Source: Octopus vulgaris
Lineage: Eukaryota
Direction of reading: 5' to 3'
Assembly: GCA_951406725.2 (NCBI GenBank)
Contig: OX597827.1
Span: 76,322,001 to 76,386,000, forward strand
DNA: 64,000 nucleotides
Positions 1 through 11,680 of this stretch are shown piece after piece. Made by a program: the position numbers and the translations under genes. The notes beneath the pieces are model-generated. The model saw nothing but the letters and a program-made list of their open reading frames with translations, had not been told where the DNA came from and did no database searches. Every line of letters starts with the position of its first letter. Position 1 is the first letter of the stretch.

Positions 1-669
1 AGGAGAAAGCTTCCACTTTAGACTGATACACCATCCACACCAGTGTCATTACAAATGCCATTTTGGTAATGTAAAAAGCCAGAATAGATTTTGCAAGATG
101 TCTTGCCTGGCCCTCTAGCTGCTCTGCCAACCTACCATCCTAGCTTGGTACATTTTATTGACCCCCTAAAAGGACGAAGAGCACAGTTGACCTCTGCAGG
201 AATTGAACTCAGAGCACAACCATCAGAACGAATAGCATAAAATATTCAACCCATCACTGTAACCACTCTGCTAATTCACTACCTTATATATTCTGTAACC
301 CTTTTGTTACCATATTTAGATCATTTTAACCCTTTTTTAAAAAATATTTTTGATGAAATATATTATTTTTGTTTCAATTAATTTTGATAATTACGAAGAA
401 TTTGGTAAAATAATTTTGTATCATTATTAAGCTGTAATTTTAATAGGTTTGTCCAACCCATGCTAGCATGGAAAGCGGATGCTAAACGATGATGATGATG
501 ATTAATCTTTTGTTACTATATTTCTGTTGAAATACACTGCTTTTTCGGGGTTAATAAAATAAGTGCCAGTCAAGCAGTGGGGTTGATGTAATCCACTGGC
601 CCCTCCCCTCAAAAATCACTGGCCTTTAGCAGAAAGGATTAAGCTGATATTTGGAACAGAAATTAACAT

Positions 670-940
670 GATATGCCGATGGCACGTAAAAAGCATCCGT
701 GCTGATGGCACGTAAAAAGCACCAACCGATTGTGTCCATTGCCAGCCTCCCCAGGCACCTGTGCTGGTGGCACGTAAAAAGCACCCACTACACTCATGGA
801 GTGGTTGGCGTTAGGAAGAGCATCCAGCTGTAGAAACACTGCCAGATTAGATTGGAGCCTGGTGCAGCCTCCTGGCTTCCCAGACCCCGGTCGAACTGTC
901 CAACCCATGCTAGCATGGAAAACGGATGTTAAACGATGAT
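670..940 (+). mobile_element. (GAT)n-tailed SINE/retro-element with internal GGCACGTAAAAAGCACC sub-repeats
   Basis: Ends CCAACCCATGCTAGCATGGAAAACGGATGTTAAACGATGATG. The same family recurs at about 6100, 10868, 16050, 16305, 23775(-), 26400, 34337(-), 46095, 50800, 54620(-) and 60125(-). Confidence 0.8.
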
Positions 941-969
941 GGTGGGATGTGTTAATCTAGACCACTTTA

Positions 970-1203
970 GCTCTTTAGCATTTTGACTGGCCATATCCAG
1001 CCGAAATATTCTGGGTTTTTTTTTTCCTTTTTGTTCAAACTGGCCAGGTCCAGCTTCTTACACTGACCCTACATTGTCATAGTAAACATAAACAGTCACA
1101 TCATTGACTTCTCAAAACTATGAGATAAATCACAACTGATTCAAAGCAATGTGAATAAACAAGCATTGCTCTGAACTGAATAATCTGAATGCTAATTGGT
1201 TAA
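970..1203. mobile_element. TTAA/piggyBac-like MITE (CCCTTTAGCATT family), diverged
   Basis: Termini CTTTAGCATT...AATGCTAATTGGTTAA. Homologous copies at about 12541, 15367, 30134, 56704 and 60950. Confidence 0.6.
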
Positions 1204-1659
1204 AACAGGAAGTTTGTGTTGTAGAAACAGGTCAGTCTCTGTTGGGCTGGTATCAAAAGGCCTAGCGTTATTTCTATTCTTTTGAAATATTTACTAAGCC
1301 AATTACTTGTAGGATTTATTACCAATTCTGTTGTAAAATTCTATTGACATTTGTTTTAGGCGCAATACGAGTCTTTAGAACTCATTTTTAAACTATTATA
1401 AACATTCAGGCATTCTATTGTTCTGTTTCATTCAAGTCAAAAAGTGATGAGCTCTGCAGAATTGTCAGCTCAGATTGTTAGGCAAATTGCTTAGCAACAT
1501 TTCCTCTGGTTTCGTGCTCTGAGTTCAAATGATGCTGAGACCAGCTTTGCCATTCAACCTTTTGCAGTCGATAAAATAAAGTACCAGTTGAGCACTGGGG
1601 TCGATGTAATTCACTTAACCCTTCTCCCTCAAAATTGCTGGCCTCGTGCCAACATTTTG

Positions 1660-2190
1660 TCTTTTACTTGTTTCAGTCATTAGACTGCGGCCAAGCTGGG
1701 GCACCATCTGGAAAGAGCTTAATCGAACAAATCGACTCCAGTACTTTTTTTTCCCCTAAAGCTTGGTACTTATTCTATCAATCCCTTTTGCCAAACTGCT
1801 AAGTTATGGGTATGTAAACACCGGTTGTCAAGCGATAGTAGGGGACAAACACACTATCTTCATCATCACCATGATCATCATTTAGCCTCCATTTGCCATT
1901 CTGGCATGGGCTGGATGGTTTGACAGGGGACAGCACCAAGCTCCACTGTCTGTTTTAGCATGGTTTTTAGAGCTAGGTGCCCTTCCTAATGCCAACCACA
2001 TTGCACACTGGACTGGGTGCTTCTTACGTGACACCAATGATGAGCTTCTTTCAGTTTCCATGTACCAAATCCACTCACTTTGGTCGGCCCGAAGCTATAA
2101 TAGAAGACACTTGCCCAATGTGTCACGCAGTGGGACTGAGCCTGGTGCCATTTGGTTGGGAAGCAAACCTCCGACCATGCGGTCATACCT
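1660..2190 (-). mobile_element. tRNA-head CORE-like SINE, diverged, with a nested fragment
   Basis: Reverse complement matches the family typified by 35238-35655. Confidence 0.7.
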
Positions 2191-3634
2191 GTGCATATAA
2201 CGAATTAACAAATTGATAATGTTTGCAAAAAAATGTTTGTACGTTTACTGTCATGTTGAGTTACGTCCCTTTATGGCAAAACTAACTTAACCCACTCGTG
2301 GAGAAGGGAGTGGTGTGGAGACTGAAAATAGGGGGTTGACAAATTGGCATATTTTAATAAAATTAAGATGCTTTCAAGCATTTTTGACTTATTTAATGTG
2401 ATGGCAAAGGAAGTAGAATTATAAAGTTGCAGTTTTTATTTTGTCTTATTCAGATAGCAAGATAGGGGGCAGAAAATGTCCCTGTCCTGGTGGGTAAGTG
2501 GGAGCTGGTGCCTGTCAGTTTGAGAACTGCTGACCTAGCTACTCAACAAATAGAGATTGTTAAAATAAGTAGCAGAGTGAAATAAATGCCGGGGTCTGTG
2601 TGATCAATTAAAAACAATCCTCAAAGGTGTTGCCCCAGCATGGCCTCAGTCCAATGACTGACACTAGTAAAACAAGGAAGTATGTAGTTGTTGGATTCAT
2701 CAAGCATTAGTCTTTACTCTAAGAAAATTACTTTGACTAACTAATGAGGGGACTTCTGTACGGTTGCTTGACCTGCTTAAAAATAGCAACCAAATCTTCC
2801 TCAACTCACATTCTACTATCTCAAAATAGAAGATTTTAGATATACCTGTTCTTCATGTTCTGTGTCTGCAGGTGTTGGTGCTTAAGGACCTCCGTGCCAA
2901 AATCTGAAGGGTCTGGTTTTTTCTAGAGAAAGATATGGCAGTTGTTGGCTGTTGCCTTCTGCTTTATTTACCGTTTACTCTGTTAATCTCCTGGATTATC
3001 TGACATCAGAACATGCCTGCATACCTATGGGCTTGTGTGACACTAGGGGCCACCAACCCTCCTCCTGGTCCTGTATGCCTTAGCCACAGAACCATCTGCT
3101 ATATGATCCATAACTGGGGACTCTGACTAATACTACCAGCCCCGGCCAGAACGAACCTAAAGAATGGTGTTGATTAAGGAGTAACTCCAAACTCCTGCAC
3201 ACCCAAGCTGGAGCCTCACCACTGGATACAGTTTAGTGTCTAGCCTATGGGATGGTCACTGCTGGAATGATTCTGATTATAACAGGTTTGTTTGATCTAG
3301 AGCCAACTGACCAACACAAGGACGGTGTGATAAATAGCCAACTGCTTCGCCATGGTTTAAATGTGTGTCTGACAGGATTCGTTGAGACAGATTTGATATG
3401 GCTGGATGCTTTTCCTGTTGCCAACCCTCGCCTGTTTACAAGTCAGGCAATTTTTTTTTTGCTCAAATGGTCATGTTTCCAAGGAAAATTGCAGACAACA
3501 CTGCTTGTATGATGTTGATGTCTACAAATAATGTGTCATGTCAAGACACACACACACACACCACAGAATGGACTTCTTTTTTTCACATAGAAAGGGACGA
3601 TAATATATATATAGTTCTGCTCTTGTTTAATTGT

Positions 3635-3882
3635 GGAGGCGCGTGGCTTAGTGGTTAGGGTGTCAGCATCATGATCATAAGATTGTGGTTTCGATTCCTG
3701 GACTGGGCGATGCGTTGTGTTCTTGGGCAAAACACTTCATTTCACGTTGCTCCAGTCCACTCAGCTGGCAAAAATGAGTAACGCTGCGATGGACTGGCGT
3801 CCCGTCCAGCTGGGGAACACATACGCCATAGAAACCGGGAAACCGGACCCATGAGCCTGGCTAGACTTTAAAAGGGGGCATT
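3635..3882 (+). mobile_element. tRNA-derived SINE (Meta/V-like central domain, tentative)
   Basis: A box TGGCTTAGTGG, B box GTTTCGATTCC, then GCGATGGACTGGCGTCCCGTCCAG. Second copy at about 17143-17382; inverted tail at about 34083-34178. Confidence 0.75.
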
Positions 3883-4227
3883 TATTTAATTTTTATTCTT
3901 GTTTAATTAAAGCAGCAGAATAATGGAGTAGTGAGGAGGGATGAATGATAGAGATGATGGTGGTGAGGAAGACTCGACGGGCAAATTGGGTGAAGAGTCC
4001 GTTTGTGTTTATATATATATATAATGCATTTAGAACCTCACTGTCACCAGATGGCCAGATCATCTTTAACACTGAGCATTGCCAATCATTGTTGTCCTTT
4101 GTCAGGATCAACATCATGAGACTGGCTCTCACTACTTTGTTGGGGTTTTCCTGGGTCTCCCTTTCCCACCGGATCCATCCACGTTAAAGTGACCGGAGGA
4201 GAAAAGGGGTCTTTAAAGCCGAAAAAT

Positions 4228-4600
4228 CTTCACCTTATTCTTTTACTCGTTTCAGTCATTTGACTGCGGCCATGCTGGAGCACCGCCTTTAAGTCGAGCA
4301 AATCGACCCCAGGACTTATTCTTTGTAAGCCTAGTATTTATTCTAGCGTTCTCTTTTGCCGAACCGCTAAGTTACGGGGATGTAAACACGGTAACATCGG
4401 TTGTCAAGCGATGGTGGGGGGACAAACAGACACAAATACACACACACGCACACGCACACGCACACACACACACACACACACTCGACGTCTACCAAATCCA
4501 CTCACAAAGCTTTGGTCGGCTCGAAGCTATAATAGAAGACACTTGCCCAATGTGTCACGCAGTGGGACTGAACCCGGAGCCATGTGGTTGGAAAGCAAGT
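4228..4600 (-). mobile_element. tRNA-head CORE-like SINE
   Basis: Reverse complement of the 35238 family, with internal (CA)n. Confidence 0.8.
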
Positions 4601-4749
4601 TATTATTATTATTATTATTATTATCATATATATATATCTATCTATCTATCTATCTATATATATATATATTCAAAATTACAATGTGTTGGTGTCAATTGCT
4701 TACGATAATTTTCTGTTTCCTTTTGTGATCATAAACTGAAAGCAATTTA

Positions 4750-4930
4750 TGCAGTGACGTTTTTAGTGTGTGCTGCTCGCGGTGGCCCTTGAGTTTGCCT
4801 ACCCTTCCGGGTCCCCAAGCCTATGTAGGCTTATACAGCAGACCCCAAAAGCGCTGCCCCTATAAAAGCGCCGTCCGGAGCCCAACCGCCCTCTCTTCTC
4901 CTCGTCTCTCCCCACTCCCCATCACCCTAG
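4750..4930 (+). promoter_or_regulatory. Candidate TATA promoter of the ZNF gene
   Basis: Unique GC/CpG-rich patch with CCTATAAAAGCG (TATAAAA at 4861-4867) and a pyrimidine-rich initiator-like tract about 30 bp downstream. Candidate donor AG|GTAATC at 5216. Confidence 0.45.
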
Positions 4931-5777
4931 TTACGCTACTAAACTTTTTACTTCCGTGTGTGTATATATTTGAGCAAAAGTGTACCGGGACGGAGAACAA
5001 ACGTCTTTGTTTATATGGTGTACATTTTGTTGATATATATATATATATATATAAACAATTGACCTGGGTTAAGTAATCAGACAAGGAGCCAATCAATTTC
5101 TAATTAAAACCTAAGAGGACCTGATAACGAGTCTAAGGTTTAACAGACAGGAAACGTTGAGAGCGAAGACGGAAATAAAAGAAAAATTTTGTTTGAAGTG
5201 ACTGTAACAAGGGAGGTAATCCTTGATACTCCAGCGCTGGCTTTCCAACCACCTGTTGCCTTCCTACACTCACGCATTTTGTTATCGCATCAATACACGG
5301 AAGCGCTCTTAATCTGCCTCTCTCTATATCTCATATACACAGACACACGGTTATGTTCATCTTTAAATATCTGTTGCTTACATAAATGTATCCTTAGGTT
5401 TGCACGCATACATTCAAGCACATCTCATAGTCTCTATCTCTCTCTCTCTCTCCCCAAACGCATACATATTCTGTATACTTTTCACACACACACACACACA
5501 GACAAGATACTTGGCCTCTACACACAACCCCTACACGTGCTTAAATACGCCCACCCTCTAAATCCACTTAAATACATGCACTCAAACATGTGCACACACC
5601 TTCTGCACACATCTAAACATATACACACCATTTACTCCCTTAAACACAGAAATCACCATCAGAGTATACAGAATATATATATCTTCGTCCCTTGTGAGTA
5701 TGCCCAGCACTTTGCCACCATCTCTATCCTGCTGTCTCCCACTCTCTCTCCCTCTTTCTTCTGCACTTCTTTCAGGC

Positions 5778-6020
5778 TGGGTAACCTTGTATTTCCTTTG
5801 TGGCAACACACCTCTTTCAGTCTTCATTCCTGATCTCTCTCTCTCTCTCCCCCGAGGTAACCTTGTACCTCCTCTACAGCAAGACACCTCTCTCTCTCTC
5901 TCTCTCTCTCGAGGTAACTTTGTACCTCCTCTACAGCAAGACACCTCTCTCTCTCTCTCTCTCTCTCGAGGTAACTTTGTACCTCCTCTACAGCAAGACA
6001 CCTGTTTCTCTCTCTCTTTC
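5778..6020. repeat. Minisatellite, unit about 56 bp: GAGGTAACTTTGTACCTCCTCTACAGCAAGACAC+(CT)n
   Basis: Three near-identical units plus one degenerate unit. Confidence 0.9.
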
Positions 6021-6431
6021 TCACTCTAACCTTTCATCATCCGACAGATACCCCTTCCCCTCTTGAAAGAGATTTTTTCTGTCTTGCAAGTACTTGGTGA
6101 CCCTGTCAGTGCAGGTGCCACTTCAAAAGCACCCTATATACACTGTAAAGTGGTTGGCATTTATTTGGAACAGCATCCAGCTGTAAAAACCTTGCAAAAA
6201 CTGACCTCGCCTGTGCTTGTTCCAAGTAAAAATGACTAAGTCCACTCTGCTGAGTGGTTGGTGTTAGGAAGGGCATCCAGCTGTAAAAATCCTGCCAAAA
6301 CAGTTACAGAAGTCTGGTTCAGGTTTCTGCTTGGCCTGCTGCTGTCAAACCATCCCACCCATGCCCACCCATGGAAGGTAGACATTAAATGATGTTATAT
6401 ATATATATGTATGTATATATATATATGTGTG

Positions 6432-6484
<53 letters not shown>

Positions 6485-6547
6485 TATGTTATGTTGGCAA
6501 ACAATCTTTGCTTCTTCATTTTGTTTGAACTCCATTTTATCAATGTC

Positions 6548-6569
6548 TTTTTCTTTTGTTTCATTCCAG
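6548..6569 (+). other. Candidate splice acceptor for the ZNF coding exon
   Basis: Polypyrimidine tract TTTTTCTTTTGTTTCATTCCAG, about 600 nt upstream of the ORF. Confidence 0.5.
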
Positions 6570-7175
6570 ATGTGGCACACACTCTAGATGTTTCCTGTTT
6601 GTTTGATCAAGCCAATCCAGACTTCTGATTGTGCCGAGACCAGCTTCTTTCGATGGGGGTCCTGCATTCACTCAAGCTGAACTATAACACGGATGATGAT
6701 GATCTGTATCACATATAGCAAGGGTGGTGTTGGGGGTGAAGGAGGTCATGTCATTCCTGTGGTCCAGCAGGGGGCATTTTGTGCCCTTTTCCTCCTCTGC
6801 CTCTTCCACCTTACTCCTGCTACATTCTTACTGAATTCTTCAACTGGAATTTGAACCTGTACACCATCTGACTCTAAATTGCCAAGCCCTGGGTTCTGTG
6901 TAGATCTACATTTCAGGGACTGTTAGACTTGGTTTAAATCTACACAGGGAAGGAGTTGACTTCACATGCATACGTAAATGTGTGTATATATATATATATA
7001 TAAGCATATAGTCAGAAGAGTATATACACAGACATTCCAACACAACAGTACAACACACAGCTATGCATTGCTTCCACACATGCATATGCAGACGGCTATA
7101 TTCAAACCTCTATACATATCCATTATATACTAAGCTATCACAACTGCACACCTAAATGCATACTGCACTTGTGTT

Positions 7176-9044
7176 ATGGAGCATATACTGGATAGTAACA
7201 GTTTAATAGCAGTAACAACATCAACAGCAATAACTGCAGCAGTAGCAATAGCAACAACAACCACTGGCGCTACCACCACCACCACTACAGCTCTTCCTGG
7301 CTATGAACTAACAGAAGGTGTTGTACAAACTGTGACCAACGAGCTGCAACTAAACAGCACCAAGGCGCTTGGCCGAACGACGTGCAACATCTGCGGAAAA
7401 GCGTTCAGTCGCTATGACAACTTGGAACGGCACAAACTGACCCACCAAGCCGTTAAACCATTCAGCTGCGACCTCTGCAGCAAATCCTTTTCTCGTAAGA
7501 CACACCTCAACCGGCACCAAGCGATCCACACAGGTGAGAAACCGTTCAAGTGTAGCGTGTGTGGGTTCGGCTTTTCCCAATACGTGAACCTCGTGCGGCA
7601 CATGCGCACACACGACAACACAGCCATGTCCACTATCGTATACGAAGGCGCGGTGCCACCGACCTCCGACCGACCTTACAAGTGCACCCTCTGCCAGCGT
7701 GCATACATACGCAACTCAGACTTCCTGCGGCATGTGAAGAGCCACGGAGAGGCCGCCGGTCAGAACGTGGTGATGGCCAAGGTGCCAGTAACGGTCATGA
7801 TGACCCCGCAGCAAGCACCGCAGCCACAACAACAGCAACTGCAGCTGACGCAGACAACAACATCCCTCCCTCAGACGCCAACTGCCTTCCAGCACGAGAA
7901 CCCTTTCAAATGCAACCTGTGTGGTGCCGTTTTTGCTGCAAACGGTGACCTCACCAAACACATGAGGCAGCACCGCAATGAGCTTGGACGCAGCGACGAC
8001 ACTAAGACCTACCCCATCACGAATGGCTATGTGCACCAAGTGCAACAACTGCCCCAGGAGAATTACTACGATAGCAGTCGGCCATATATTTGCAACGTGT
8101 GTGGCCGGACTTTCTCTCGGAACGGTGACCTCACCAGACACATGCGCTCGCATCCGGAGAGCGCATACGACTGCAAAGAGTGTCTGAAGGCACTAACTGA
8201 GCGGCAGGATGCAAGTGCACAAGGAAAAGTGCAGTCTGCTCCATTGTACAAGTGCAACGTGTGCGGAAAGACGTTCTCGAACAACAGCTACTTTGAGCGT
8301 CACCAGAAACAGCACTCGCAGGAGAAACCGTTCAGCTGCGACGTGTGTGGAAAGGCTTTTCTGCAGAAGTATCACATGATGGTGCACAAGCGGACGCATA
8401 CTGGGGAACGGCCCTTCCCGTGTCAGCTGTGTGGGTTTGCGTTCACACGGAAGGACCACCTGGTGCGACACCAACGGCTCAACAAAAACGGAGGAAAGCT
8501 GAGCTGCGTGCCACAGAATGCACTGATTAACAACCTGCAGCAGCAGCAACAACAACAACAGCAGCAAGGGCAGTTTCAGACTGCACAGCAACTGCAGGAA
8601 CAACAACAACAACAGCAGCTTCATGAACAACAACAACAGCAGCAGCTTCATGAGCAACAGCAACCTCAAGAACAACAACACTTACAGCAACAACAACTGC
8701 AGGAACAACAGCAGCAGCTGCAGGAACAGCAGCAACAACTGCAGGAACAACAACAGCAGCAGCTGCAAGAACAGCAACAACAACAACAGCAGCAGCTGCA
8801 AGAACAGCAGCAACTGCAGGAGCAGCAGCTGCAAGAACAACAACAGCAACAACTGCAGGAACAGCTGCAAGAGCAGCAATTGCAAGAGCTGCAAGACCAA
8901 CAGCAGCAGCTGCAGGAACACCAGCTGCAGGTGCATCAGCAACAGCAACAGCTGGTGGTCAGTGTTGTAGAACCAAACGGTGCAGGTGTTGTCGCACAGG
9001 CACAAGGTGTCGCCACCGCAATGCCTCACTACATCAACATTTGA
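7176..9044 (+). CDS. C2H2 zinc-finger transcription factor, 622 aa, 9 fingers (last lacks the second His), C-terminal poly-Q region
   Basis: Long uninterrupted ORF with CxxC...HxxxH motifs, TGEKPF/TGERPF linkers, coding-like GC content and LQEQQQQ repeats. The true start codon is not verified. Confidence 0.95.
   Translation: MEHILDSNSLIAVTTSTAITAAVAIATTTTGATTTTTTALPGYELTEGVVQTVTNELQLNSTKALGRTTCNICGKAFSRYDNLERHKLTHQAVKPFSCDLCSKSFSRKTHLNRHQAIHTGEKPFKCSVCGFGFSQYVNLVRHMRTHDNTAMSTIVYEGAVPPTSDRPYKCTLCQRAYIRNSDFLRHVKSHGEAAGQNVVMAKVPVTVMMTPQQAPQPQQQQLQLTQTTTSLPQTPTAFQHENPFKCNLCGAVFAANGDLTKHMRQHRNELGRSDDTKTYPITNGYVHQVQQLPQENYYDSSRPYICNVCGRTFSRNGDLTRHMRSHPESAYDCKECLKALTERQDASAQGKVQSAPLYKCNVCGKTFSNNSYFERHQKQHSQEKPFSCDVCGKAFLQKYHMMVHKRTHTGERPFPCQLCGFAFTRKDHLVRHQRLNKNGGKLSCVPQNALINNLQQQQQQQQQQGQFQTAQQLQEQQQQQQLHEQQQQQQLHEQQQPQEQQHLQQQQLQEQQQQLQEQQQQLQEQQQQQLQEQQQQQQQQLQEQQQLQEQQLQEQQQQQLQEQLQEQQLQELQDQQQQLQEHQLQVHQQQQQLVVSVVEPNGAGVVAQAQGVATAMPHYINI
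8538..8952 (+). repeat. Coding CAG/CAA poly-Q repeat with periodic CTGCAGGAA (LQE)
   Basis: Read directly within the ZNF ORF. Confidence 0.95.
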
Positions 9045-10764
9045 CCTTCCTTACCAAACTTGACCTCTTTATCAAACTTGACCTCTTGATCCTGCTGAAT
9101 AACCTCCAACTCCCTCACTCCTAATTTAACTCTTTCTTGCCTGTCCTCTCTATTATTTCTTGTCTTGTCTTAATCTATCGCAACCTCCCTGACCGTTCCC
9201 CCCCCTCCTCCCCATCCCATGCCTTAACCTCTCCTAAACTATTTTGGTACATCTTAACCTAATCTCACTTGTACCGATATAATTCCTTTTGACCTCTTAT
9301 CACTTGTCATAGACTTCTTGGATCTGACCTCCGTTGACCCATCCGGTCAGTTTCTTTGGACCCTATGTCTCCCTAATGTCACTTCCTCTAACCAGACACC
9401 CCTCTCCATCTCTCAAATGTCTCTTCTCTTACCCTGATCTCACCTCTATACTCCCGCCCCACCTGACCTCTCCAAAAGACTTTGAGGTCAGCACCATCGA
9501 ACCAGTGACCTTTGTATTAGCCCATGGTTTGCTGTCAGTACTAACGATGAGGTGGGAAGAGGTTTCTCTCCACTGTCTGGTGTCTGTGGGAATTTTGGAC
9601 ATACTCACGTACACAGATACGCATGCGTGCGCACTGAGGCGTTCTTATCTAATGTTGAGTCACTCATGAAGAGGTGGTGTTGGGGATGTTTTGGACAACA
9701 CAATATTATTGTTGGACAGGGCGACACACACACACACACATGAATATGCTCTTACTCATACACACAGAGACTAAAACAAGTTATGCACACACAGCCATAC
9801 ATATACACACACAAATTACTTATGGTCAGCTGTGAAAAATTCTGAGACAATGTGATGGCCTTGAATTTGGTTTAAATTGGAGATAAGTGAAAAAGGACGT
9901 GTGTGTGTGTGTGATGAAGGAGCTTGGTGTATGAGGAAGGTGTGTTATTGCTGCTGCTCGTAAAGTACATCCCTTAATCAGGTCTGAGGGGTCATAATTG
10001 AACGAACGCTTAGCTTTCTGGCTCTGACGTCTGTGTCAGCTAAGACAGTCTTTTTTTTCAACATGTAGCCTTATCTAACAAGCTTCACCATAACATCTTG
10101 GACCAGCGTATTATTGTCATATCATATATGATAAAAGCAATCTATTATCACCGAAACTGTTGTTGCCATGTTGCAGACACACGAGGGGGACGATAAACAG
10201 GTCAGCTTTACCTTTGTTCTTTCGGGATTGATAGAATACATACTGTACCAGCCAAGTACTGGGGTCAGTGTAATCAACTTGGGCCCTGCCCCCCATCAAA
10301 ATTGCTGACCTTGTGTTGAAATCTGAAACCATTATTATTGTTTACAATAGATAATGAAGTTCTGTGGTTAGTCTTGATACGTGAGGCCACGTATCCTAGG
10401 GTGACTTAGACATTATTATGTACATCAACAACAGATTGACTGTTGTGAGATATAAATGTGAAACAAAATGAAAAGTTTCATAACAGATAAGACTGTATGG
10501 AGGACATGATGACAGTTTTTGACGAAGGTGTGTCATAGGTAAGGTGTGTAACATAGATATAATTGGCTGAGATCAGTGTTAGGGGAGACTGCAAAGATAC
10601 ATCATAGGGAGACTATAAATGGTCAGCCAACTGCTTTGTTTTCTTCTTGGGGTTGATATAATGAGTACCAGGCATATATTGGGGTTGATTCAATTCACTA
10701 CACACCTTCCCTATGAATTTTCAACTTTGTGTCAAAGTTAGAAATTATTATTATTATCATCATC

Positions 10765-11680
10765 AAAGGTGGTTGGCTGGCAGAATCGTTATCACACCGG
10801 GCGAAAGGCTTAGCAGTATTTTGTCCATCTTTACGTTCTGAGATCAAATTCCGCCGAGGTCAACTTTGTAAAGTGGTTGGCATTTACTTGGAAGAGCATC
10901 CAGCTGTAAAAATCCTGCCAAAACAGTTACAGGAGCCTGGTTCAGGCTTCTGCCTGGCTGGCTCCTGTAAAACCATTCCACCCATGCCAGCATGGAAGGT
11001 GGATGTTAAACGATGATGATATATATATATATATATATATATATATCTTTATGTTCTGAGATCAAGTTCCACCGAGGTCAACTTTACCTTTCATCCTTTC
11101 AGGCTCAATGAAATAAGTACCAGTTACGCACTGGGGTCGATGTAATTGACTGTCCTCTCCCCCAAATTTTCAGGCCTTGTGCCTAGAGTAGAAAGGGTTA
11201 TTATTACCATCAAAGGTGGTGAGCTGGCAGAATTGTTAGCACACCAGGCGAAATGCTCAGCGGCATTTTGGGTCTCTACATTCTGAGTTCAAACTTGGCT
11301 GAGGTCAACTTTGCCTTTCGTCTTTTCAGACTTGATAAAATATGTACCAGTTGAATACTGGGGTCAGTGTAATCAACTTACTCTTTCCCCTAAAATTGCT
11401 GGCCTTGTGCTAAAATTTGAAGCCATTAATTATTATTATTATGAACGTAGTGATCAGACAGAATAGTTTGTACATTGGACAAAATGTTTGTGGCATTTCA
11501 TTCCAATCTTTACATGTTCTGAGTTCAAATCCTGCCACTGTCAACTTTGCCTTTTACCCTTTCAGGGGTCAATGAAATACATTCCCAGCCAAATACTGGG
11601 AGAGAGAGGCGGGGGGAGTCCAATGTGATCAAATTGGTCCCTGCCCCTCCAAAATTGCTCACCTTGTGCTGAAATATGAA
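10765..11680 (+). mobile_element. Tandem cluster of SINEs with a GGTCGACTTTGCCTTTCATCCTTTCGGGGTCGAT central domain (Nin/Sauria-like domain, tentative)
   Basis: Three head-to-tail copies separated by (ATT)n. The family is very abundant in this window. Confidence 0.75.

Noticed and set aside
5118-5165. Hammerhead-like CTGATAA...GAAACGTT
   Set aside because: Core mismatch at G8 and no stem I pairing.
8193-9029. Antisense poly-Leu and alternate-frame ORFs
   Set aside because: They are shadows of the poly-Q coding repeat.
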